NCBI GenBank assembly: GCA_041600715.1
Contig: JBFIJM010000001.1
Location: 533,425-597,424 of the forward strand
From: Candidatus Saccharimonadales bacterium
GTDB taxonomy: Bacteria > Patescibacteriota > Saccharimonadia > Saccharimonadales > 2-12-FULL-41-12
Direction of reading: 5' to 3'
DNA length: 64,000 nucleotides
Shown: piece by piece, positions 1-7,704 of the stretch
Position numbering within the stretch: the stretch's first letter is position 1
How the letters are laid out: each line of letters starts with the position of its first letter
The notes under the pieces: model-generated
Told to the model about the DNA's origin: nothing
What the model saw: the letters and a program-made list of their open reading frames with translations, nothing else
The model's database searches: none
Translations under genes and position numbers: made by a program

Positions 1-279
1 TCTGGATTTTTCGCTAGCCTGTTCTTCGCCTTGTTTAGTGATTAACAGTTCAGCTCCTTTGATCTCTATCTTCTTAATTTCACCGTTGTTGGCTCGTTTT
101 ACGACATCAGACAAAGGCACTTGATTAAGATTTTGGGGCTGATTCATAGATGAAAACAACACAAGCCCAATCAGCACAAGCAAAGAAACAAAGACGGCAT
201 TCTTAAAGCTACGGTTTCCGTTGCCTTTACCTTTTTTATTACCCTTTTTCTGGTTCATCTTAAACGGTTTCTTGTCCAT
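1..279 (-). CDS. ftsH: FtsH-like membrane protease, N-terminal part only; the gene runs off the left edge of the window
   Basis: Minus-strand translation from the ATG at 279 reads MDKKPFKMNQKKGNKKGKGNGNRSFKNAVFVSLLVLIGLVLFSSMNQPQNLNQVPLSDVVKRANNGEIKKIEIKGAELLITKQGEE. Basic N-terminus, one TM helix and an extracellular start are typical of FtsH. It sits immediately downstream of tilS, a conserved tilS-(hpt)-ftsH synteny. There is no stop inside the window, so the ORF track missed it. Confidence 0.55.
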   Translation of the reverse strand, partial: MDKKPFKMNQKKGNKKGKGNGNRSFKNAVFVSLLVLIGLVLFSSMNQPQNLNQVPLSDVVKRANNGEIKKIEIKGAELLITKQGEEQASEKSR

Positions 280-336
280 AGTGCCCTTTACTGATTACTT
301 CCAACTATCAAAATTTCATCCTAAACGCTGGATACA

Positions 337-1266
337 TTATACAGAGGAACGGGGTTGCATGCGAATCTGTTTTAACTCTAGTTTCATATAATAATTCTTG
401 TCTATGTCGTATTGAGTACCGGGTCGAGCTGTACGAGAAGCAATTACCAATCGGTGTATTAATCTTTTATCGAATGTCAGGTCGTGCTTTCGTAACCACG
501 ATGCCATAAGCTCGCAGGCAACTCCATACGGAACGTTAATAAACAATGACCTTTGTAAACTATCGTTCAAAAGTGCTTTTCCCCATAATTCCTCAATAAT
601 ATTATCGATTTCTTCATTAATTAATCTCATATTCTGAATAATCCCGTACATTTGATCGGTTTTCTCGAGACCAGCATTAGAAAGTAAAAGTCGTATTTTA
701 TTCCGCAGATACCGTTGATCACTGTTAGATGAGTCCTCGCGCCATTTCAAGCCTTTTGACTTCGCATAATCCTTTATGGTGCGCTTTGATATATGCAACA
801 GGGGTCGGATTATTCTTTCGCTAGAGTTAAGAGAAGTTAAACCCCTTCTGCCCGTACCTCGAGCCGTGTTTAAATAAGCTGTTTCTACCACATCATCTTT
901 ATGATGAGCAGTGATTATAGCCTTAGCTTCTTGGCCTTTCATGACAGATGTTAAGAATTTATACCTTCTTTCTCTTGCAAGTTGTTCGCTAGCGTTTGTG
1001 CCCAATTCTTCACGCTTTGATAAATACGCTAGGCCATATTTAGTCGCTAATTCCTCTACAAATTTAGCATCCAGCGCAGACTCTGGGCGGATCCCATGGT
1101 TAAAATGCGCAACTATAAGTTGCACACGGTCTCTGGTCTCTAGTCTCTGGTCTCCAGCTTTTTCTGGCGACCCATACTTTTGAAATAGCTTATGCAAAAG
1201 AGCTACCGAGTCCAGGCCGCCCGAAACAGCAACAACATACTTACCTGGCTCTAAAGTAATATCCAT
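337..1266 (-). CDS. tilS: tRNA(Ile)-lysidine synthetase (PP-loop ATPase)
   Basis: N-terminal PP-loop SGGLDS (VVAVSGGLDSVALLH), about 310 aa, adjacent to ftsH. Confidence 0.85.
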   Translation of the reverse strand: MDITLEPGKYVVAVSGGLDSVALLHKLFQKYGSPEKAGDQRLETRDRVQLIVAHFNHGIRPESALDAKFVEELATKYGLAYLSKREELGTNASEQLARERRYKFLTSVMKGQEAKAIITAHHKDDVVETAYLNTARGTGRRGLTSLNSSERIIRPLLHISKRTIKDYAKSKGLKWREDSSNSDQRYLRNKIRLLLSNAGLEKTDQMYGIIQNMRLINEEIDNIIEELWGKALLNDSLQRSLFINVPYGVACELMASWLRKHDLTFDKRLIHRLVIASRTARPGTQYDIDKNYYMKLELKQIRMQPRSSV

Positions 1267-1284
1267 CTTATAATAGTAGCAGTT

Positions 1285-1848
1285 ATGGAACTACTCTTTT
1301 GTACTGGGAACGCCCAGAAATTCAATAAAGGCATGTCTATTTGTCGTCAGCACGACATTACGCTTATCCAGCGTGATCTGAACGTTGATGAAGTTCAATC
1401 AGAAGATACTGAATATGTAGCACGTCAGAAAGCCAACGCTTCATACGCAGTTGCTCAAAGGCCTATTGTTATAAGCGATGACGCCTGGGAAATTCCAGGA
1501 CTTAATGGTTTTCCTGGCACATATGCCAAGTCCGTCAATACGTGGTTTAAGCCGGAAGACTATGTCCAGCTCACCAAAGACCTTGAGGACCGTAGAATTT
1601 ACCTTGTGCAAACTCTTGTGTATCAGGACGAAAATACTCAAAAAATATTCGTTAGAAAATCCCAAGGGAAACTGCTCACCAAGCCACAAGGATCAGTCGG
1701 GGTTAGTATTCAAAAAGTAGTTTCTTTCGATAATGATGGCGGTAAAAGTATCTCAGAGATAATGGAAGGCAAGACGCACTACTCCGGAGAACAAACCATT
1801 AAAGTCTGGCACGATTTTGCAGACTGGTATAAGGAGCATGCATCGTGA
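1285..1848 (+). CDS. Non-canonical purine NTP pyrophosphatase (Ham1/RdgB ITPase family)
   Basis: FCTGNAQKFNKG at the N-terminus (ATGNxxK motif) and a DDAWEIPGLNGFPGTY block typical of Ham1/RdgB. Confidence 0.75.
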   Translation: MELLFCTGNAQKFNKGMSICRQHDITLIQRDLNVDEVQSEDTEYVARQKANASYAVAQRPIVISDDAWEIPGLNGFPGTYAKSVNTWFKPEDYVQLTKDLEDRRIYLVQTLVYQDENTQKIFVRKSQGKLLTKPQGSVGVSIQKVVSFDNDGGKSISEIMEGKTHYSGEQTIKVWHDFADWYKEHAS

Positions 1849-2387
1849 AGCGACTTTATTTTATTCGACACGGGCTTAGCGAGTTCAATAAAGCTCATGT
1901 CTGGGCCGGTTCAAGCGATACTCCACTCGCTCCAGAAGGGCATGATCAAGCAATAAAGGCTGGTAAAAGAGCCCTTGAAGATGGATTGATGTTCGATGCT
2001 ATTATTAGCTCTCCCTTAGAACGCGCCCTGCAGACTGCTAAACATGTGGCAGATCAAATAGATTTTCCTCAAAAAGACATAATCATAGATAAAATGCTCA
2101 TTGAGAGAGATTTTGGGATACTTGAAGGCCGTAAAGATCTAGTCGCCACTACCAAATACATTCTCCGCGAATCAGCTATAGACAAATACGATGGAGTGGA
2201 GACAGTTGCGGATTTACAAAAAAGAGCAGACAGATTTTTGCTGAAAGTTCGTTCAATGAAGTATGACAATATTCTAGTTGTGGGACATGGCGCATTTGGC
2301 AGAGCACTTCGTCGAAGTATCAACCAGGAACCGATCACCCATCGTGGCCATGTATTTGCAAATGCCGAGATAGTGAGATTTATATGA
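1845..2387 (+). CDS. Histidine phosphatase family protein (phosphoglycerate mutase-like)
   Basis: RHGLSEFN (RHGxxxxN catalytic motif) and VVGHGAFGRALRR near the C-terminus. It overlaps the upstream gene by 4 bp (ATGA), indicating an operon. Confidence 0.75.
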   Translation: MKRLYFIRHGLSEFNKAHVWAGSSDTPLAPEGHDQAIKAGKRALEDGLMFDAIISSPLERALQTAKHVADQIDFPQKDIIIDKMLIERDFGILEGRKDLVATTKYILRESAIDKYDGVETVADLQKRADRFLLKVRSMKYDNILVVGHGAFGRALRRSINQEPITHRGHVFANAEIVRFI

Positions 2388-2506
2388 GCGACAAACAAGC
2401 TCGAGTAGGAGTCGGCGTATTCATCTGGAAAGAGGGTAAGTTTCTCTTGGGAGACATTCCAGACACTACCAAGCCCCTTGTTCGAGCCATGCTGGAAAAA
2501 TCTTAG
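2384..2506 (+). pseudogene. Truncated NUDIX hydrolase gene remnant (40 codons of the N-terminus only)
   Basis: An ATG overlapping the stop of the upstream gene (ATGA) translates to MSDKQARVGVGVFIWKEGKFLLGDIPDTTKPLVRAMLEKS*. The RVGVGVxIxxxGKxLLG stretch is a typical NUDIX/MutT N-terminus. The ORF stops after 40 aa, 16 bp before the 3-prime end of a convergent orphan gene. No continuation exists in any frame. Confidence 0.4.
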
Positions 2507-2522
2507 AGTAGCAAAACCTGAG

Positions 2523-3272
2523 CTATTTGAGTAACAGTAACTTTTCGGCTACTTCTTGTATTTTAGACAAGTCTTTAGGGCGGTACTCTATGGCCATCTG
2601 CACGTCAAAGCTCCTAATGGGTTCCACTAGCCTGTCTTCCATATCTACAAAACTAACTTGTTTATACCCTGACAAAGTATCTACATTTTTGAGACCCCGT
2701 GGTTTAAGTCCAAACAACTTTATCCCACGAAGACACGCCTCTGCTTCATTCCGTGGTTTAAAAATACCTTTAACATCTTTTACTTCTTGAAGGGCATGGG
2801 TTAGCTGTGCTTTGGCAGTTAAAAGTTCTCCAATTTTTTGGAACGGTTTCTTGCCTTCGTATTGGCGTAGAAGGAAATCAACTATCACATCATTGTCTTC
2901 TGTTATTTTTGCTTTTTGTCTTAACGCTCCCTGATGATCAACTTCTACATGAGTAAATTCTGTATATTCTTTAGCAACAATTCCGTCCAAGAGATGTATG
3001 TCTCCCTGCCCAAAACCCATTAATATTTGCCAGGCATGACTATTTTCTTTCTCTACTACAGACGTCTTAAAAACAGTTGGTGATTCGTTTTCAACTACGC
3101 CCACTGCTCCAAAATTAATTGTGTCATTTTCTCGCAAATCGGCTGAGTGTTCAAATAGCTCAGATGTAAGATTGTGAAGCCTTGTTCTTTCGTGGTCTTC
3201 TATAGAAAAAGAACGCCCCAAGTGCGTTCTTTCAAACTGTTCAAATTGACTTGCTTTTAGATCTACTGCCAT
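2523..3272 (-). CDS. Hypothetical protein (249 aa), no domain recognised; it sits where the NUDIX gene is truncated
   Basis: Long ORF with a reasonable upstream region. No signal peptide or TM helix. One Rx6H stretch (RSFSIEDH) is present, but I could not assign a family. Confidence 0.5.
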   Translation of the reverse strand: MAVDLKASQFEQFERTHLGRSFSIEDHERTRLHNLTSELFEHSADLRENDTINFGAVGVVENESPTVFKTSVVEKENSHAWQILMGFGQGDIHLLDGIVAKEYTEFTHVEVDHQGALRQKAKITEDNDVIVDFLLRQYEGKKPFQKIGELLTAKAQLTHALQEVKDVKGIFKPRNEAEACLRGIKLFGLKPRGLKNVDTLSGYKQVSFVDMEDRLVEPIRSFDVQMAIEYRPKDLSKIQEVAEKLLLLK

Positions 3273-3388
3273 CTAAAACCTAATAGTAACAAATACTGTA
3301 ACTATTGCAATCCTATTTGTAACTATATAGAAACTATTGAGCAGTCCAGGTTCATTGCTAGCTCGGAGAAGCGGAACATGGTTCAATT

Positions 3389-4156
3389 ATGGTTATGCTA
3401 GAACCTGTTTTTCTTTTTTTCGTCGGTATTTTGGTTGGCTCAATGAACGCTATAGCAGGCGGTGGTATGCTAATCGGCTTCCCTGCAATGGTAGCCACAG
3501 GAACTCCGCCAATAGTTGCTACTGCTACCGCATACGTAATAACTATTCCCGGCATTATTGGCGCACTTATTAGCTATAGAAAGTATCTTCGTAAAGTACC
3601 TCGCGTATATTGGCTTTTGCTCATACCTTGCGTTATTGGAGCCAGCATAGGTGCTCTCCTCCTCAGCAGGACGTCCTTTGAGACATTTGAAAAATACATA
3701 CCAGCCCTACTAGCATTGGCAGTTTTCTTATTTATCGTGCAACCATTTATTCATTTTCATTTTCACAGACACTTAAGTAAGAAGACTAAACGACTACTTC
3801 CAATAGTATTAATCGGTATCGCGCTTTTTCCTTTATCAATTTATGGAGGATACTTCGGTGTCGGGTTTGGCTTCGTGGTTCTAGCGTTTCTAGGTTTTAC
3901 CCAGCTACATAGCATGCACAAGATTAATGCCCTCAAGAATATTGCCGTTTTATCTATATTACTTACCGCAACACTTGTTCTATTAGACTCTGGTCTTATC
4001 GATTGGGCCAAAGGGTTGATCATGGCGTCAGGTGCTTCTATAGGCGGTTACTACGGAGCGCATTTTGCTCAACGTTTCACATCGCACACCATTCGGATAG
4101 TAGTTATAGCTATTGGCGTCAGTGCTGTTATAGGCTTGTGCATTCAGTACTACTAG
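3389..4156 (+). CDS. TauE/SafE family anion exporter (DUF81 membrane protein)
   Basis: Polytopic membrane protein with Gly-rich repeats (AIAGGGMLIGFP ... and a second half GGYFGVGFGFVVLAFL). It has the two-repeat architecture of TauE/SafE. Confidence 0.75.
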   Translation: MVMLEPVFLFFVGILVGSMNAIAGGGMLIGFPAMVATGTPPIVATATAYVITIPGIIGALISYRKYLRKVPRVYWLLLIPCVIGASIGALLLSRTSFETFEKYIPALLALAVFLFIVQPFIHFHFHRHLSKKTKRLLPIVLIGIALFPLSIYGGYFGVGFGFVVLAFLGFTQLHSMHKINALKNIAVLSILLTATLVLLDSGLIDWAKGLIMASGASIGGYYGAHFAQRFTSHTIRIVVIAIGVSAVIGLCIQYY

Positions 4157-4238
4157 GGCTAGATAACAGATGTAAAACATGCTATATTAGCACCTGTTGT
4201 CGATCTTCATGCCAAGATTTAGTGCTAAAAATTCACTA

Positions 4239-4266
4239 GGTAGCGTAAGCTCAGTTGGTTAGAGCG
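4239..4266 (+). pseudogene. tRNA 5-prime-half fragment (acceptor 5-prime strand plus D arm), partial duplicate of the downstream tRNA-Met
   Basis: GGTAGCGTAAGCTCAGTTGGTTAGAGCG shares an identical 19 nt D arm (AGCTCAGTTGGTTAGAGCG) with the tRNA at 4295. No anticodon or T arm follows. Confidence 0.4.
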
Positions 4267-4294
4267 ATCAACAATTTATAACCTTTACTGGTAT

Positions 4295-4371
4295 GGCGGT
4301 ATAGCTCAGTTGGTTAGAGCGCCGGACTCATAAGCCGGAGGTCACTAGTTCAAATCTAGTTACCGCTACCA
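4295..4371 (+). tRNA. tRNA-Met (anticodon CAT), elongator type
   Basis: Cloverleaf: acceptor GGCGGTA/TACCGCT (G1-U72 wobble), D arm identical to E. coli elongator tRNA-Met (TAGCTCAGTTGGTTAGAGC), anticodon loop CTCATAA, T arm ACTAG TTCAAAT CTAGT, encoded CCA. Confidence 0.8.
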
Positions 4372-4497
4372 ATAAATGTTCTAAATTTTTTGACTCATGT
4401 TGTGTTATTTTTGCAGATCCTGATTTGTCCGCAGGCTCAAACCCTGTCTCTGCTACCAAGATTATATATACTTAATAAGTGGCGTTAGCCTGACAAA

Positions 4498-4911
4498 CTA
4501 GCCATGATGACACACAGTCATTATAGTCTTCATGACTGAGTGCTGTTCTTCACTTAAACTTCCTAAATTTAGTTTATCTTTATGTGACAGTTCTTTTAAT
4601 AATTCTTCACGCGTATTTACTCCGTTATCGCTCAGCGAGATCATCGATACGCGTTTGTCAGATGGATCCTTGCTGCGTGTGATCATGTCTTGAGACTCTA
4701 ATCTGTCGACCAAGCCAGTAGTGTTAGACGCATCACAACCAAGCATGCAGGTTAGCTTGTTCATCGTCATACTTTGCTCAGGCTCTAGCATAATCAACAC
4801 CATTCCTTGTACAGGTGTTAAGTTAAACGGGTCGCAAACCTTTGCCAGACTACACCGCATTCGTAGCGACAATAATATTGTTCCTCGGTATAATTCACTA
4901 GTTTCAGTCAT
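4498..4911 (-). CDS. MarR family transcriptional regulator
   Basis: 137 aa with a winged-HTH core, LTPVQGMVLIMLEPEQSMTMNKLTCMLGCDASNTTGLVDRLESQDMITRSKDPSDKRVSMISLSDNG, matching the MarR pattern. Confidence 0.75.
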   Translation of the reverse strand: MTETSELYRGTILLSLRMRCSLAKVCDPFNLTPVQGMVLIMLEPEQSMTMNKLTCMLGCDASNTTGLVDRLESQDMITRSKDPSDKRVSMISLSDNGVNTREELLKELSHKDKLNLGSLSEEQHSVMKTIMTVCHHG

Positions 4912-4920
4912 ATCACCATT

Positions 4921-4941
4921 ATACTTGATACTATCAAGTAT
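4921..4941. promoter_or_regulatory. Perfect 10-1-10 inverted repeat ATACTTGATA c TATCAAGTAT, putative MarR operator
   Basis: Perfect 21 bp palindrome located 10-30 bp upstream of the MarR start codon (4911, minus strand). MarR proteins bind such palindromes at their own promoters. Confidence 0.5.
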
Positions 4942-5300
4942 TTTTAAGCATTAAAAAAGCCCGAGTTTTAAATCGGACTTTTTCTTTGCGTATTTAGAGT
5001 CTTTTTAACAGGACATCGATACGCTGAATAGCCGGGTCTTCTGATTCAGAAAACTCGTAAGCCATGACAGCTGACTTCACTGCTTACCCTTTCGTTTATT
5101 TGTTTTTGATAGTTTTTGTTTTAGTCGACTAACAACTACAGTATACCGTACATTTGCTTTTTTGTCAATGTTTAGTCTGTTTTTGTTTTGTCAGGACTGG
5201 TTCTAGTATAAGCATTTTCACTGTTGTTGCCAACAAAAAAATAAATATTTTAAAAACTCTAACCATAAGCAAAAAAGTTCTTTCATTATCTGACATTTTG

Positions 5301-5309
5301 TGATATAAT
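5301..5309 (+). promoter_or_regulatory. Extended -10 promoter element TGaTATAAT, probably giving a leaderless transcript for the 5317 gene
   Basis: TGATATAAT ends 8 nt before the ATG at 5317 and no SD lies between, which is consistent with leaderless mRNA. The same TGTGATATAAT 11-mer is also found upstream of aspS. Confidence 0.4.
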
Positions 5310-5316
5310 AAAAAGT

Positions 5317-5733
5317 ATGGATAGACTTAACTCTTCTCCTCAATCTCAGCTGCTTAACCCTGATACCGTTCAGGATAATACCCAGGGTGAACCCCAATAC
5401 ATTCACATAATAGATGGGGGTCAATATCTGAATAGTCCACCAGCATTAGGCGAACCTAATGAGCCAACACAACAAGAGATTGAGATTGATAAGCTAGTAG
5501 ATAATGGCGGATTGAATTACACAGAAGCACGTTTACGCGTGCTTGGCACCTCACCTCAAGCTATTAGCGCACCAGCACTGTCTAACACAGTTGCTAATCC
5601 TACTAAACTACAGAACCCCGACAGACGTGGCTGGAAAAACGATAGACGTACTCGCAAGGGGCTGTCCCCCAAAGAACTTCTGCAGGCAGACGAACCTCCT
5701 AAACATATACGCGCCCAAGAAGGCCGTAAATAA
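5317..5733 (+). CDS. Hypothetical protein (138 aa), no recognisable domain
   Basis: ORF with an extended -10 promoter directly upstream. Gln/Pro/Asn-rich and basic at the C-terminus. It lies 3 bp upstream of the next ORF. Confidence 0.45.
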   Translation: MDRLNSSPQSQLLNPDTVQDNTQGEPQYIHIIDGGQYLNSPPALGEPNEPTQQEIEIDKLVDNGGLNYTEARLRVLGTSPQAISAPALSNTVANPTKLQNPDRRGWKNDRRTRKGLSPKELLQADEPPKHIRAQEGRK

Positions 5734-5736
5734 CCC

Positions 5737-6690
5737 GTGCCCAAACTACCCTCTTTTTATCAAGAGCCTATGCCATTGTTCCCGGTTGCTTCTGAACTTA
5801 ATGACTCTAGAGGAGTTATTGGTGCGGATATAGTGGCACTACCTACCGTAGACCCAGAAAAAAAGATTACACTTGGACGACTTACAGGTTATTACGGCGA
5901 TTTATTAGGATCACGACACGCAGTCACTCAGGATCACGATAGTTTATTAGAACTTGAGACTACAGATTTTGAACTGGCAGAACCCAAAAAAATAGAGTCT
6001 GGTCTATACATATACCCCGACGATCCACGGTACAACCATCCTTCAACAGAACAGCTTGTACGATTACGTGCTAAAGGTGATTGGTTCTCGCCAGGCGTCG
6101 TATTCCCGAGCCAGCATTATGCTACGGTCGCTCGAAGTCCTGCTAATTTAGCCGAGCATGTAATGAACAAAACAAGGAAAGCTAAAGATGATAAAGCTGA
6201 CCGAGTAGTTATCGATGCATCAGTTGGAAGATCTGCAGGCCACGCATTAAAGAGTAAAATGTCGGCTATGAACAGCTACGAGAACGAGCTTCTCTCTATA
6301 CGTTCAAGTGTACTTATCCCCTTGTATAGAGAAACTCTACGTAATTTAAGCAATAGACCTTGGGATGCTCGTTTTAAAGCAAAAAACTTAGATAAAAAAC
6401 GGAAAATATTCGATGAGATGTTGCATGATACGGTTGAAACATCGACAATTAACCAAGATATTTCGATAACCGCTATTAATGGCCTTCACCGTGCCATAAC
6501 AAGTCAACTATATCGGTATGGATCCAACCAAAACCGAAGCCAGCGCTGGAAAGATTATATTTTGTTGTATGGCACATATACAAAATCTCAATGCGAGAAA
6601 ATACAGCTATCAAAACAGCGGACAGCCGATGAGTTGAAGTTCTACGAACAGTTTCTTGACAATCAATTGACAAAACCCACCTCTGTTTGA
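5737..6690 (+). CDS. Hypothetical protein (317 aa), no recognisable domain
   Basis: Long ORF tightly coupled to the 5317 ORF, flanked by tRNA-Met and tRNA-fMet. No TM helix or signal peptide. Confidence 0.5.
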   Translation: MPKLPSFYQEPMPLFPVASELNDSRGVIGADIVALPTVDPEKKITLGRLTGYYGDLLGSRHAVTQDHDSLLELETTDFELAEPKKIESGLYIYPDDPRYNHPSTEQLVRLRAKGDWFSPGVVFPSQHYATVARSPANLAEHVMNKTRKAKDDKADRVVIDASVGRSAGHALKSKMSAMNSYENELLSIRSSVLIPLYRETLRNLSNRPWDARFKAKNLDKKRKIFDEMLHDTVETSTINQDISITAINGLHRAITSQLYRYGSNQNRSQRWKDYILLYGTYTKSQCEKIQLSKQRTADELKFYEQFLDNQLTKPTSV

Positions 6691-6745
6691 TAATATATAT
6701 TAGCTAAACAGCCATGGGAGCATATTCAACAATTCCCATAAATGA

Positions 6746-6820
6746 CGCGGGGTAGAGCAGTGGCAGCTCGTGTGGCTCATAACCACAAGGTCGCAGGTTC
6801 GAGTCCTGCCCCCGCTACCA
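6746..6820 (+). tRNA. tRNA-Met (anticodon CAT), initiator-like (fMet)
   Basis: CGCGGGG...CCCCGCT ACCA gives a C1/U72 mismatch. The 5-prime and 3-prime ends are near-identical to E. coli initiator tRNA (CGCGGGG...CCCCGCA ACCA). Anticodon loop CTCATAA, T arm GCAGG TTCGAGT CCTGC. The anticodon stem has only two consecutive G-C pairs, so the initiator call is not certain. Confidence 0.7.
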
Positions 6821-6827
6821 TGAAAAC

Positions 6828-6854
6828 AGCTTCACCATTTGGTGGAGCTTTTTT
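6828..6854 (+). terminator. Rho-independent terminator after tRNA-fMet
   Basis: A 9 bp stem, AGCTTCACC/GGTGGAGCT (one G-U), with an ATTT loop, followed by TTTTTT. Confidence 0.6.
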
Positions 6855-6966
6855 CATTGTCGGAGAAGGACGAGAACCGTAAGGCATAGCCGAGGTTCGG
6901 TGAAGCAAGGTTGCGCACAGATGCTTGCATCGAGCACAACCGTAGCGGAAAAGGACGAAGTCCGCT

Positions 6967-6982
6967 GTCCTGCCCCCTACCA
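6967..6982 (+). repeat. Direct repeat of the tRNA-fMet 3-prime end (GTCCTGCCCCCTACCA)
   Basis: Matches tRNA positions 6803-6820 (GTCCTGCCCCCGCTACCA) except for a 2 nt deletion, 147 bp downstream of the tRNA. This resembles an att-site scar. Confidence 0.4.
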
Positions 6983-7021
6983 TAACAAGTAATTAATATA
7001 AAGTTTGATATAGTAAGGTTT

Positions 7022-7561
7022 ATGGTAATTAAGAGTAAATACGGGCTCAAACTAGCTGGGTTAATTATATCTATCGCCATTATAGGTGCTTCGAGCTTTA
7101 TTTACCTCTTATATCAATCTAACTCTAATGAAAATGACTATACAAGCACTCAAAAAAGAAATACGCCTCAGGCAGAAAATAATCCAAAATCACAAAAAGG
7201 TGCAATGGGAACAACAATAACGAGCGGAGATAGTGAATTTGGACCGATGCTATTTAATGACAAAGGCCAGGCTATATACATCTGGGAACTTGAAGAGTCT
7301 GCTAATGCAGAATGCTATGGGGACTGTGCAGAGGCTTGGCCTCCAGTGCTTACCGATGGAACGCCTCATGCAACTGGAAGCGTCATTGATGATCTTCTCG
7401 GTACGACCACACGCACCGACGGTAGTACCCAAGTCACCTACAACGGCCATCCCCTGTACTACTACGCACATGAGGGAGCTGGAGAAGTAAAATGTCACAA
7501 TGTAAGTACACACGGAGGACTTTGGTGGGTCATCCAACCAAATGGCACTCGTGCGGATTAG
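7022..7561 (+). CDS. Secreted or lipoprotein of COG4315 / secreted-repeat family
   Basis: N-terminal TM or signal region. Motifs GQAIYIWELEE ... ECYGDCAEAWPPVLTDG ... GHPLYYYAHEGAG ... GGLWWVIQPNG match the CAxxWPP and YxF/YxxD repeat pattern of that family. Confidence 0.55.
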   Translation: MVIKSKYGLKLAGLIISIAIIGASSFIYLLYQSNSNENDYTSTQKRNTPQAENNPKSQKGAMGTTITSGDSEFGPMLFNDKGQAIYIWELEESANAECYGDCAEAWPPVLTDGTPHATGSVIDDLLGTTTRTDGSTQVTYNGHPLYYYAHEGAGEVKCHNVSTHGGLWWVIQPNGTRAD

Positions 7562-7704
7562 TCAGCTACTGCTGAACACTCTTTATCTTTACTCTAGAAT
7601 GACATGCAAAACATAGTCCATCAGCTCACAAAAGCTACAGGCCATATAATTGCTACAGCCTTTGTTATTCAGCAATAGTTTGAAAGAGGTTTATAATTAG
7701 TAGC

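Noticed and set aside
911-2398. Short ORFs from the track lying antisense or out of frame inside tilS, the Ham1 gene and the histidine phosphatase gene (911-1183 +, 1441-1689 -, 1478-1720 +, 2069-2398 -)
   Set aside because: They are fully embedded in longer ORFs with clear family motifs. They have no SD and are low complexity.
3337-4239. ORFs 3337-3573 +, 3358-3555 -, 3841-4023 -, 4003-4239 + overlapping the TauE gene
   Set aside because: Alternative-frame shadows of a well-supported membrane-protein gene.
6855-6985. Possibility that the structured segment after tRNA-fMet is tmRNA, SRP RNA or RNase P RNA
   Set aside because: No tmRNA tag-reading frame or GGGGCUGAUUCUGGAUUCGACG-like 5-prime end is present. 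The SRP motif AGGUCAGGUCCGGAAGGAAGCAGC is missing. At about 110 nt the segment is far too short for RNase P RNA.
6777-7080. Minus-strand ORFs 6777-6983 and 6832-7080 across the tRNA-fMet and downstream region
   Set aside because: They overlap a tRNA and its terminator, and their translations are Arg/Cys-rich nonsense. The region is more likely non-coding or a structured RNA.
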